Source: Azolla caroliniana (Eukaryota; Plantae; Polypodiophyta). From it: a stretch of DNA of 64,000 nt. Position numbers and translations under genes: made by a program. The notes under the pieces were generated by a model. It was not told the origin of the DNA and did not search any database. It worked only from the letters and a program-made list of their open reading frames with translations. The stretch spans positions 496,001-560,000 of the forward strand of contig JBHGNT010000001.1 of the NCBI GenBank assembly GCA_043228905.1. Direction: 5' to 3'. Positions 1-12,717 of this stretch are shown here, piece by piece. How positions within the stretch are numbered: the first letter of the stretch is position 1; each line of letters starts with the position of its first letter.

Positions 1-731
1 GTGGTAGCATAGTGAGTGAAATGAGAAAAGCTACCAAAGCAAATATCCGGATTTCACCGAAAGATGAGCACTCCAAGTGTGCAGAAGAGAATGATGAGCT
101 CGTACAGGTATTTTGTTTTGACATCCTTTTGTACTCATGTAAACTTGCGGGCTGGAAATATTTATTTGAGACTGACGAACATTCTTTATTTCTTTCTAAA
201 TATTTGTGGTGTCATATTAAACTTTAATGAAGGTATTTTGTCGTCATTTCTTATTAGTTCATGTATGAAAAGTCTACTCAGTTAAGTAATAAATAAAACT
301 TTTACACTATGCATTCCTGCGTTTTTGACAAACTTTTACTGACTCCTGGTTATTGTATGTATTAGATCATGGGTGACCAAAATGTGGTACAAGATGCTAT
401 GACTCAAGTTCTCAATAGGCTTCGCAACAACTTATTCAAGGGACATGAAAGCCAAGATGTGAGCAGTGGTAGTATGTATGGATCTTCTGTGCTTGCATCA
501 TCAGCTTCACTATATGCAGGGGCAAACATGCTTGGGGGCTATGGAGGGAGGCTGGATTCAGGGTCTCTTGGAGGAATGTATCCATTGACTAATGTTGGCT
601 ATTATGGAATGGATTACAATTATGGTGGGTATGGAGCAAGTGGGCTTACAGGGTCTGGGTTAACCTCTTCAACTGGATTGCAATCGTCAATGGGTAGAGA
701 TGCTAAAGAATCAAGGCGCCGCCAAAGATAG
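1..731 (+). CDS. KH-domain RNA-binding protein, last two exons (<1-107, 366-731); 5' part lies outside the window
   Basis: Exon reads (G)GSIVSEMRKATKANIRISPKDE...ELVQ, a KH domain after the GxxG loop. GT donor at 108, AG acceptor at 364-365, in-frame continuation IMGDQNVVQDAMTQVLNRLR, Gly/Tyr/Ser-rich tail, TAG at 729-731. Confidence 0.85.
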
Positions 732-2530
732 AGCCCTGTAGTTTTTTATGATCAAGGGCTGAATCAGTTTTGTTTGCTCAAATTGTATCCTCAATAGCTT
801 TTTTTAGGGTTTATTATTTTGGATACAACTTTTGGACCCATGAACACACTGTTTTTTTACTTTTACAATATCTTATGCCTATTTATTTCCCCACCATTCT
901 CAGCTTTCTGCCTGTGGGTTGTTGACTTTTAACAAATTTCAAGCTTTACCACTAACCTACCTCCGGAAATGCCAATATTTGTCTTTTCACGGTTTTTTCT
1001 GGAGAGTTGTATGATTTCGGTGATTAACTAAAATATCTACATCTCCCCTGTTAACTCTGGATGATATTATTTCCTTGCTCTTTTCAAGAGTATCTATTTT
1101 TCCTTTATTTTTTGTTGTAAGCACTTTTTCCACAGTGAAATTTTGGTCGTATATATGTAATAAGAAATATGATAATACTGCTCCCTCCCTACTGGAAATG
1201 AGACTGGCAACCGTCATATTTACACATATTTAATAGTATGGTATGTCCTAACATTATTTCTGTACTGGGTAGGTAGGCAGTGATTGAACCTTCATATTCA
1301 CATGTTTGATAGTATGGTAAGTCCTAACATTGCATGTGTTCATGGAATGGCTGGGTAGCCTGTGATCCACCAGTTCCTCGAATATACCTAATGTCTCAAA
1401 TGGTCATTTTGCTAGGTAGACGATGACCTACCAGTTTCACAAATTACTTTGACTGGAATATTCTTAGTCGAAATGGTCATTCTTAATTCTCCAAACGTGA
1501 TTTACTATTAGAATGCATTCCTTGAATCTCCTCCATTCATAATATGATCCTCCAATGTTGGCTACTAATGAATGTGTGATCCCTTCAATGTGGGCTGTCT
1601 TCAATATGCAAGTTCTTAAGGTAAGGTGTCCTATTGTGGATTTGAAACTGCATATGAATTGACGTTTGTAAGAATCTAGCTGTGACAAGGAAATTGTATA
1701 GAACATAGCAACACTACAAGCAAACACATGAATAGCTGCAAGCAAGTCCTCGATGTGGGGACTTATGCTTATAAAGTCTCTCGAATCCATCCATATTCAT
1801 GGGTAGAATATACTATGATGAACTAGATGTGTTGAGTAGTGTGGAAACTAGATGTTTCATAAAAGTTGATCTTGTAGATGTTCAGATATGTATGAAGTCT
1901 TCAATACTACATTCCAAATCCTAGAGCAAAGCTGCCATTGAAATACTGCGTATACATCCATGGCGTATACTGGTTCTTTCCTTTATATACTGGCGTATAC
2001 ATCCATGCGTAAACGTATACTGGTTCTGATTCTCTCCTACTATTCTAATTTATGCAATTTCTAATATGCTTTATTTCATCACATACGCATACATTGTAAA
2101 TGGTCTACATCTCTATCCTTGCAAACCCAGGTCCTATGGGGTAAAGAGTACTGCATATGTTATTCATCTTAACAAAGCAGGAAAAGTACTTTGATATACG
2201 ATTTTGTCAGCAAAAACCATGCCTAGAATCAAGTTAAAAGATCTACAAAATAATGCAGATACTTGAGTAATTGAACATAGAAAATATTGTCAATTGCAGT
2301 CTTAAACAAGAATAAAAAATTAATGTTAACTTTCAAGTTCAATTCCATTGACAATGGAAAATAACATGGATCCTTGCTTATCGTTTCACTTATCGAGATC
2401 AAATTTTTATCCACGTGTATCCAGGAAGAAGCACTAAAATGTTTGTACAGTACATTTGCTCTTGATGAGTAGTTGCAACCAGACAATCCTGACAAACACA
2501 AACTGAAAATCCACTCCCCCTAATGAACTG

Positions 2531-5500
2531 TTAGAAAAACTGAAAATCCACATAGGAACTTGATAAATTTGAGCTTGTTCGGGCAGCTTGCTGTATATCT
2601 TTAGAAATATTTTCAGCAGCCAGAGCCACAGCTGCTTCAGCCATGGAAGATGGTGCAGTCCTTGTTCCATTCATGTTCAAATCAAAGGGTTTAGGAACCT
2701 CAGGTGGTGACACACTCCGGATCAACGCCCAATTCACACCATCAAAAAACGGGTGTTGCTTTATCTCTGTTGCACCACGTTTGTATGCAAGCCTATGTTG
2801 TGGATCCTTCACAAGTAATCCTCTTATCAAATCTCTTGCTCCGAAAGTAATGTTCGGTGCTTCTGGAAACTTAAGGGGTTGTCCAACTACATTGAAAAGA
2901 GTCACTCTGTTTCCTGAACCCTTGAAAGGTGTTTTCCCATGCATAAGCTCGTAAAGGAGGACTCCAAATGTCCACCAATCAACTGCACTTCCATGCCCTT
3001 CTCCTTTAATAATTTCAGGTGCTAAGTATTCGTGGGTGCCCACAAATGACATTGATCGTGCCCCCGTTGGCTCTGCGATTAGTTCGGGTAGAGTCGTAAT
3101 CTCGCTCTTGTGTTTACGGATTTTTCTTTCCTTTCCTAAGAAAATGTTAGGAGAGAAACACGACGTAGGAGGCGCACATGGAGTTAAACAAGTAGGTTGT
3201 ACACAATAAGCTAGGATTTTATTGGTTGCATACATATCATGACATGACTTCACCAAGGTTGGACTAACCATGCACCGTAGGGACAAATCAAAATCTGAAA
3301 GCATGATATGCCCGTCTTCCCGGACAAGAACATTTTCTGGTTTCAGATCCCTGTAAATTATCCCCATCATATGTAGATATTCCAATCCCAACAGAACTTC
3401 GGAAGCATAGAATCTGCAAGATAAAGTTTCCAGACTTTCACTACAATATTATTTTCTGTTTAAATTTTTTTCACTTAGAAACAAGTTTGTTTTCATTAAT
3501 CTTTCTATTATTTTTCTTATCAAATGTTTTTTTGGTTTCAGAATTCCTGAAATAAAATAAAACCAATGTATTAATATGCATAAAACCCTAGTTCCTGCAT
3601 AAACACAACAGCAAAAGTGCAGGCAGAAAACCTTTGGAGCCTCCCCACAAATGTGTGGGTTGGCTCCAAAAAACACACTAATTATAGTTCTACCCTGGTC
3701 ATGATGCAAAGACAGCCGAAAGTCAGGAGAAGCAGAAGTTTTTTATGTTTGGAAATCGAGTCTCAGACATGTCAAACAAATCTATCCAAGTAAAAGGTCA
3801 TATAGAAAAATATTTGTTTTGTTGGTTGGTGTTGAGTTTTAGGGTCAGCCCTTTAAGTTTTATTTTTCATGTTTGTTCAATTCCCACTGTCATTTTTGTC
3901 ATTCATTTATTTATTTATGTGTCTGCACATAAATGAATAGGTTCAGCATGAGAATAGTGAAAATTGTAACCTAGGAAGACCAAGTTCTCCAAAGACGTTG
4001 AAGAAAGTGTATTTGTTTCATACTTAACTTTCTCAATTTGGACTATGGGGTTACATTGCAGAAAAGAAGCCTCGTTCAAGTTTCATCTTAAAGAGCAAGA
4101 AAGCAAAGATCGAGGGGGATTAATTTTTGTCAAGTTGGCAAAAGCGTTCATACGTACGTGTTATTCCAACCAGTTTTAGGTTATGTGGAAGCTAGAGTTT
4201 TAGGTCTTGTTCTTGTGCAGCTTGGTGCAGGACATAACTCTTCATATCCATGAGAATACATCCTACGTAGTTTCTCAATTTACCATCAATATCCTTTCTC
4301 AATGACTTCTAACAGCAATGATGCCCATAGTCTTGCATGCCAAAAACTTTGATCAAAACAAGTCATTTTTGTAAAGTTTGATTGTTCGGCTCTTTCATTT
4401 TTATTTCTAGTCTCTCTATTACGGAATGGGGGGAATCAAATCCAAATTCCACACACGTATTTCTCGTATAATTTCAGAAAATCACATGTTGCTTTGTTTG
4501 ACACTTTTCACATTTGCATGCATGTCAAACATGGATTTTCTTTTGACCCTAGTCACACATGTACGCAGGTCAAACTCAGAGAAAGGGCCAATTAACATCC
4601 ATGCATATATCTGGAAACTGTCATACCAATTCATGTCATTTAGCCATAAATTCTCTAGCAAGAAACAATAACAAATTTTATCACTGGCTAGTTCTGAATC
4701 TAGGAGTACAGCATATCACTTGCCCAACATAGATACTAAGATACGAGGAACACATTTCAAGGATTCCATCGAGTTGTGAATAATTAGTCAAATTTGTATA
4801 GAGCAAACCAGAAATCGGAAGGGACAAGTGAGAGAACTGAAAACTTGAGTCATATAGCATGAAGCTGGTGTAGAAAGAGTGTGACGACTAAGAGGCAATG
4901 ATAGTCAGGAGAAGGTGGATGTTGATGTGGAATAAAGAAACAGAGAACAGATGTAGAAAAGATTAAAAACTCCTAGATTTTCCGTATTGCCCCTACATTT
5001 CCCCAAATACCTTCAAGCCAACTCCGCAAAGAGAGAAAAGCGACCACATAAAAAATTCCTCAAATAGCAGATATAATTGAGGAAAAAATGGATGAATTGA
5101 GCATATAATTGCTTAAATACCACATACGGTTTCTTAAGAGATGGTTGACCAAGGGTATTTAGGGAAATAACCAAAAACGAGGGGTATTCCAATGTTTTTC
5201 CCTGAAAACACATTATAAAGAAAGCAATGGTTGAAACTTGAAAGACAGGGTCAGTTTCTCAATGAGCCAGGTACTTCTTGGTAGCTGAAACAGTTGTCCA
5301 GTTTCCATCCCATAGGCATAACTTGAAACTTTGACGGCTTATTGATGTAAGATGGAGAAATACGACATCTTAACAATCTAGATGCCATATTTGAGAAAGA
5401 ACTGGAAATGCCCAAAAATTCTCCACAAGCACAAACCAGAGAATCAAGAAAAAGACACACAGAAGTCTTGTCTCTGCATTCGTAACTCAAAATCGAAAAT

Positions 5501-7093
5501 TTCCAAATCTTGAATATAATCGCAATAAGTTTCTTTTCATTTACATTATCCAGCTCTGATACCATGATAACAAATCCCAGGAGAAACCTCTAGTTAAAGG
5601 ACTGACTAGGAACGCGATTCCAACAAAACAAAGTATATTAAATCATATGATTTTAACTGAGAATCGAAAATTTCCAAATCTTGAATATAATCGCAATAAG
5701 TTTCTTTTCATTTACATTATCCAGCTCTGATACCAGGATAACAAATCCCAGGAGAAACCCCTAGTTAAAAGACTGACTAGGAACGCGATTCCAACAAAAC
5801 AAAGTATATTAACTGATATACTGACCTCAGATTCCTTCACAGAAGGATTGGTATAAATTACAGAACATAAAATATCCTGACCTCAATTCCTAACAATACT
5901 ATTAAATATACATGATTTGTAGAACAACGAAACATGCAAACCAAAACTACAAATGGATGCAAGAATTCACAAAAATGAACTTCATAGTATGAATCTGTGA
6001 ACAACATATCATTTCGTGATCAATGCATAATCATTCTATGTTTAGATTACACAACATGATAACTTGACCTCAAATTGCTTCATAGAATTCAAAAAGATGA
6101 ACTTCATAGTATAAATCTGAGGTCAACATATCATTTCGTGATCTATGCATAATCATTCTATGTTTAGATTACACAACATGATAAGCTGACCTCACATTCC
6201 TTCATAGAATTCAAAAAAATGAACTTCATAATATGAATCTGAGGTCAACATATCATTTCGTGATCAATGCATAATCATTCTTTGTTTAGATTACACAACA
6301 TGATAAGGTGACCTCACATTCCTTCATAGAATCATTGAACTACAAATTTCTCCTACCATGATTGACTTATGCACAATAACAACTACACATCAAATGTAAG
6401 AAACCCAGGAAATGAACCTGACAGAATGATTTATGTACAGATTCCAGAACATGATATGTTGACTTCAAATTCATTCATAAAACTCTCTTGATACAAATTA
6501 CTCTTACCACGATGGAACATCCACATCACAAGGACAACATCAGTAGCATGAAACCAAAGAAAAATAAATTAAACTGACCTTGCAGCTTGTTCCGAGAAGT
6601 GTTTGCCCGGTTGACGTTGTCTGAGTGTATGAAGGTCGCCTCCAGAACAAAACTCCATGACAAGACATGTCAATGTATCTGATTCAAAATGAGCATAAAG
6701 TGTGGGTAGAAATGGATGATCTAACAACAGTAAAATCTCCTTCTCTGTCTCAGCTCTAGGCAGTTTCTTTCGGACAGCCAATGCAGCCTTATCCATAACT
6801 TTCATAGCAAACAGACAACTAGTGCCTTTTAGCTCAGCAAGATACACACTACCAATATCGCCACACCCCAGACGTTTCATAAGCTTAAAGTGATGAAATC
6901 CAAGGGGTCCGTCTCGTGAAGAAATGGCTTGAATTGCATCCCATCGAGCATCATTTCCTTTATGTGGTTTATTACTAGGATTGCTCGCACTGTTGCCACT
7001 TTGAATACCATCATTCGCAGCATTACATATGTTTCTGTCCCTATATCCAACGTTTTCAATGCTTATCCAATCTTCGGTGATTGTTCTATCCAT
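2531..7093 (-). CDS. AGCVIII Ser/Thr protein kinase (D6PK/AGC1-like); exons 7093-6579 and 3413-2531
   Basis: [37 protein letters not shown] in place of DFG, insertion between subdomains VII and [19 protein letters not shown]-terminal FxxF (FQFF). Intron 6578-3414 is GT..AG and joins AAR|FYASEV. Start codon uncertain (see findings). Confidence 0.93.
5490..5812. repeat. Two-copy ~171-bp duplication in the kinase intron, each copy with a tRNA-iMet PBS-like 12-mer
   Basis: aatcgaaaatttccaaatc...aagtatattaa occurs twice; gctctgatacca (reverse complement TGGTATCAGAGC) at 5553-5564 and 5724-5735. Confidence 0.85.
5962..6330. repeat. Three-copy 122-bp tandem repeat in the kinase intron
   Basis: Units begin agaattca at 5962, 6084 and 6206 and are nearly identical. 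Confidence 0.9.
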
Positions 7094-7727
7094 CCTAACT
7101 GTGATGTACTCACCGTGTTGCAATTCTGAATAGCATCATTGATAGCATCACATTTTCTGCCATCTGTATATGCCACATCCTCAGTGCTTATCCAATCTTC
7201 ATTGATTGTTCCACCCATACACTTTGTATTGCGCCCAGAGCCATCCTTAGATTTATCACTATTTCTCAGTATGATGATGTTGTTTGGGTTGTTTATCATA
7301 ATTCAGAGATATGGTTGTGAAGACCCAAATCCTCTTTTCCTTTAAACGGGTGATTCTTCATTCTTCCTTCTCAATGAAGAGTAAAAATTGAGTTATTTAT
7401 CCAAATCAATGCACTTTCTCAATTTCTAAGTCATTGAAAGAGCCCAAAATTCGACATTAAAACCAAGGTTTCCGTTGATCTTATCCTCTGCCGGAAAAAT
7501 CAAATGAAAAAAATTTGTTTTTCAAGCAATGAAAAACCTCAGTTTATTGAAGTTTAGATAAAAAGGGAACTCTAACTGAAAACAGGGTTCAGATCGAAAT
7601 TAAAGTCTAATTGAACATAAGGTTTAGATCGATGGAAAATCTAATTTAAAATAGGATGTTGATCCATAAATTACGATAGCTAAAATCGAAAAAAGAAGAA
7701 GGTTTAGATCGATCATAACAAGTTTAC

Positions 7728-8003
7728 GGGGGGGGGGGGGGGGGGGGGGGGGTGTTGGAGAGAGAAACAATAAGACAGATGGAGAAATAAAACAAAAGGA
7801 AATTAAGAAGACATTAGGGTTTCTGAATCGATATGATTTTCGCAGAGGAGATTTTTACTCAACCATGAGAAGAAGAAGAAGAAGAAGAAGAAGAAGAAGA
7901 AGAAGAATACAAGTGTTGTCAGGGGAGACGTAATCGAGAAATTGGCGGAAAAGCAATGAAAAGGAGACGGAGACGGAGACTGTTGCGGGGGGGGGGGGGG
8001 GGG
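7728..8003. repeat. Poly-G tracts (7728-7752, 7987-8003) and an (AAG)n microsatellite upstream of the kinase
   Basis: Directly visible homopolymer and trinucleotide runs. Confidence 0.9.
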
Positions 8004-9277
8004 GAGAGGAAGTTGTTAAATAGAAGAAACATAAAACCCAACCCACAACATAGAGGAGCTAAGCCTGGTCTGGTGGTGGTGGGTGGATTGAGTGCTTTTT
8101 CTTACCTTTCCCCATCTCCATCTCCATCATCATTCTTCATTCTTCATTCTTCATTCTCATGTGTGTCTCTCTGAGTGTTGTGTTTGTTTCATACCTTGGC
8201 ATAGTTTTAAGGCGCCAGCCACACATGCATGCTAATGGATGCTTCTGCTTGTGTCTCGTATGTACTTTGTTACTAGCGTTACTTTTGTCGAACCATGACT
8301 AGGTAGGTTTGCTGGATCATGGCCACAAGCCTCTCCCTAGCACATTCGTATTAGACAGAACATATGTCCTTCCATCGCTTAATTTACTAGAGCATGATCC
8401 CAAACCTCTTCATGGTATATTCCCTTTAGAGAATGGAGTCTTTTACATAGAATGACAAGGAATATTGATAATATTCATAAACAAGGGAAGATAATGTGGT
8501 TATTTTGTTGACATCTTGTTTGTTTGTAATAAAGATGCATGAGAAGGACATCCCAATCGAAAGTGGGCAATATTCAGATTAGACACCTGGCCTTGAGCAA
8601 AGGAATCTATAATCCTCCCATTCCATGCAAAGGTGCTCTCTGATGGCAACCTTATGTATCAATGTGCATGGATATTACTAAATTATAAAGAATGGCATAT
8701 CACCGATTATCTTTTAGTTTTCAAATGAGTCCATGGATCTTTTTTATTTGGTGAAGCCAACCTAAAGTGTATGTACATTACCAATGCTTGAGCCCACCAA
8801 ACACGAACATAATGCAACATGTAATGGATAGTCAAGCCCATCGTGATTGATGGCCAATTTATGACGCATCAACTATACTCCGTTGATTTAACTCACTTCC
8901 AAACATCATGAAGATAACATGATAACTCTAGCACCTAAAGGCATAGGTTATGTTGTGTCAAGGCCAAGTTCAAAACATACATTCTAAAACTTCCAAGCAA
9001 GAGAATATTGAATCACAATAAGTTATACATCCAAAAGATGTGATACAGTCAAGACAACAATGACTTGTATTTGGTTTGTTTCATTTTTCATCAATCATTG
9101 CCGATGTAGAGACGTTAACGTCATCCGTGTATAATAATCCTTAGGCATATGAATCCACATGTGATCATTAATTTAGTGTGAGTGTTAACTACGCATTTGC
9201 TTCCTACGTGTCCTATCACCCTCAACTATAAATTGCCTAACATATGTGTTGAACTGCATTTAAGGGGCACCAATTGG

Positions 9278-9603
9278 ATGTTACACTTGCAACGCTTTTC
9301 ATCAACATTGGCAAACATACAAATTTCCATGTAATATTGTTGAAATAACACAAGGCTTGTTGCCCCTATAAGTGTGGATTAAAAATAGAAATGTTTCCTT
9401 TGTGCAATTTCTTAAGTTCTTCAAGTTTACATCTTCAAGTTCTTCATGTTACACTTGCAACGCTTTTCATCAACATTGGCAAACATACAAATTTCCATGT
9501 AATATTGTTGAAATAACACAAGGCTTGTTGCCCCTATAAGTGTGGATTAAAAATAGAAATGTTTCCTTTGTGCAATTTCTTAAGTTCTTCAAGTTTACAT
9601 CTT
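9278..9603. repeat. Two-copy 168-bp direct tandem duplication
   Basis: atgttacacttgcaacg...tcaagtttacatctt starts at 9278 and again at 9446; no differences noticed by eye. Confidence 0.9.
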
Positions 9604-9879
9604 AAGCATTATTTTTGGATTAAGGCTTGTTTTCTATTAACCCCAAGATTGGAAGTTACGTCGCTTCTCTTTCTTAAGACTTATAATTGTTCAAGTAATG
9701 AAGGAGAGTCATTAAGTTTTGATACAAGTGAGGCCATTCTTCGTGAATTGATCATATTGTGAATTGTGTGGTAGATCGTTTAATATCAACATGGTTTCTC
9801 AAAGCTCAAAGGATGACCTCCCCCACTTGTCTAACCTATAATAGCTAAGATGATTGAATGACCTTGATTGATAACCTAA

Positions 9880-10710
9880 ATTGAAGAAAGAATCATGACC
9901 AAGTAAAGTTTGGAGCACAAAGAAATGCTCATGGAGCCCTACAAATGATCATTGACTTAAAATGTCCCTAAACAAAAAAGAAGCCCTCTAAAAACTCCCT
10001 TGTTCCTTTTGCCATGAAGCTCAGGAGACTACTGACTATTGTCCTATAGTCTTTTCCCTTCGCTCAACAAGTATGGAATAAAGTCATGTCTTTATTCCTA
10101 ACAATCAATGTCGATTGCCTAATCTCATGGGGATCAATGATGTGGGGAGTGTTACATTCCAACTTGATGTTGTATGAGGCAAACAATGTTCATGAGGCAA
10201 TGACAATGCATAATAGAATATTGATATTAGTTCATCCCTTTCAGCAACCTCGAAAGCAGGTGTGATCTGTCCAGATTTGGAAAACAGTGACCACAGTAAC
10301 ATTATGGGAATTATGGAAATGTCGATGTAATCGACTATTATGATGTGGCAGACATTCGTCTCACAGAAGTGTTGCTTGAGATATGGGAGAACTTGTTGGC
10401 AGTAGTCCATGGACAGTATGATAATATGCATGGTTCCCCAAAGACTGTGAACAAGAGAAGGAAAAAGTTGCCCATGTTTACAATGTCAACTCAAGAGCCT
10501 CAATGCCACTATCAACTTCCATGAACTCTTTCTTGAATATCAACAAATTCCAACACCTTCTACAAAGTTTGATATTTGCTCTTATGATTAGTTTACATCA
10601 TTGTACATAAAAAGTTGTAACCTTCTGGGCAAACAGGTTCAAGTTGTAGCCTTCGGGCATTTTTTTCTTAATACTATTGAAGAAAATCTTAATAAATAAA
10701 TAAAAATTAA
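9880..10710 (+). mobile_element. Old, decayed LINE (L1-like) 3' fragment; boundaries approximate
   Basis: Broken frames read PCSFCHEAQETT..C....AQQVWN and QIWKTVTTVTLWELWKCRCNRL, matching the zf-RVT/C-terminal motifs of plant L1 ORF2; A-rich end near 10690-10706. Confidence 0.5.
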
Positions 10711-11239
10711 TTAAAAATAACAAAATTGCCTTCTTCCTTTATTCCATACATGTTAATTTTCTACCCAAACTCTCTCAAACATAACAACAACATGACCCAC
10801 GAGCTTTTCTTTTTACACTTCCACTTCTTTCATTGTCGAGAATCTTTGACTTTAAACTTCCCATAACTTGGAAAGATGCTCTTCTATCATCCGAAATCTT
10901 CTCTTTCTACCCAAATGCACTCAACAATAGCAATAATGTTTCGTTACTAAAGGACTTTTACATCTACACCTCCACTTTTTTTTATTGTAGAAACTTTGTG
11001 CACGATCGAAAGTGTTTTTCGTGTAGATTTGCCTAAACCAAGAATCCCTTGAAAACACCTCCTGAATTATCGTATTTATTTTTATCCACATGCCCATAAC
11101 AATAAAACTAACATTTATGGAGGGCAATCTCAATAATAGCATAATGTGTACCCCAATCCCGCCTTTTTCATTTTGGAAACAGACGTAAGTGGTCAAAAGC
11201 GTGATTGGGGTACGCATTACTCTATTATTGGAAAGAAGT

Positions 11240-11734
11240 TGTTGGTAACACCCCCGGTGACGCGAAGAGAAAGGCAATCGAATGAGAGAGAGAGAGAGAA
11301 CACGCGCGTAGCGCTTACTCAACACACGCTTCTCGCATTTAGAAATCGGAAAGAAGCACATCCGACACCAACAGAGACACAATTATGCACAACTTTATAT
11401 ATATTTATGTACATAGACGATAGGTTACAACTCCGGTTTTGAGCCGAACCGAGCAGACCATATTACAACAATCGTTTGCAGGCAAGCCGCTAGTCGGGGG
11501 GCTCTCGGGCTCGTCACGCCGAGTGGGGCCTTGCACAGAAGACGGAGCGAAAATCGGAAACTCCACAGAGCATACAAGCTCGAACGGAACTAAACCCTAA
11601 ACCAAAAATGGAACCCCAAACCCTGATAGACAAACAAACGACGAACAAAATCAGGTTACCAACTCAAAAACGGGGGACCCCTAAAGAAGAGACTCTCTCC
11701 TCCTTTTATAACCCAAGGAGGGAGATACGTTACA
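11240..11734 (-). mobile_element. Probable solo LTR
   Basis: TGT...ACA termini flanked by a 4-bp direct repeat AAGT (11236-11239, 11735-11738); CpG-rich relative to the flanks; TATAAAAGG on the minus strand near 11702-11710. Confidence 0.6.
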
Positions 11735-12389
11735 AAGTCGATCAAATATTCCTCTGTTTCAGAGGAGATATTTGCCTTGATTTCCAGAGTGGTGATGGGA
11801 GAAGTACATTTAAACCCCTCTCACTTCACACTTTCACACTCCCCCACTACCCTATACGTGTGCATGTGGACCGTTGTACACATCACATTTATTGCCTTTA
11901 TAAAGTGTAATTTTTTGGACATAGGGGTAATTTGTTAAAATTTGGAACTTCCAGGGGTATCCTGGTACTTTTCCCTATTTTTATTTACATTTCCTAATGT
12001 ACTTGTGCACATGTCGCACATCGCCGACGTTGCCCGATCCACCCGATTTTCTCATTATTGTCGGAAATCCTCACGACACCGGGTTTTTGGCTTTATTCAT
12101 TTACGAGGTGTTGTTTCATAATCTACCCAAATGTACCCTCAACAATGCCAGAGGGTTTTTGATACATCATCGTGAGTGATTGTGAGGACATTCGGCGTGG
12201 GAAGGTTATTATCAATACATACATGATACCCCTCTCCCGCCCCCAAAAACTCGTCCTCGTGTTCTCTTCTTTGTAATTTTCTTATTTTCACCCTATGCCC
12301 TTTCCCTTATTTATGCCAATGCCCTCATCACAGAGAGCTTATTTACCTCGGTCCTCCTCCTCTCCTCCTTGATCAGAAGAAAGAAAAGA

Positions 12390-12679
12390 ATGGGCACTTG
12401 CCACAGATGTGGAAGGTCTGGACATGTTGCTCGAGATTGCTCCCTCCATACCTGCTTCCGATGCAACGGGTTTGCATCTTTCTCTATTTCTGTTTTATTT
12501 CTCTGAAAACCTAGAAGTTCCATGGATCTCTGTTTTTTCTCGATCTTTATTTTTGGGAGAAATTAAGATGCCCAGGATATATAGGATAATGTGCAGAGAG
12601 AGGAAGCGAGGGAGAGAAAGAGACAGGGTTTGAGGTCCGTATATGGTAGTGTTGTTAAGATTATGCAAGTTAGGGTGTT

Positions 12680-12717
<38 letters not shown>

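Noticed and set aside
1464-1790. 108-aa ORF and other short intergenic/intronic ORFs (e.g. 19265-19773, 35682-36366)
   Set aside because: No domain motifs or splice support; may be chance ORFs or unrecognisable TE debris.
5962-6330. Tandem arrays (also 63581-63760) as CRISPR-like arrays
   Set aside because: Whole units repeat with no unique spacers, the context is eukaryotic and there are no cas genes.
7096-7114. GTGAGT...AG mini-intron that might repair the kinase frameshift
   Set aside because: Only 15-19 nt, far below spliceosomal minimum, and neither length restores the frame.
11591-11603. TAAACCCTAAACC telomere-like motif
   Set aside because: Fewer than two units and inside a solo LTR; not an interstitial telomere array.
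11797-11975. Possible MULE/MITE with GGGA.AAGTAC termini
   Set aside because: Inverted match is short and imperfect and no TSD is visible.
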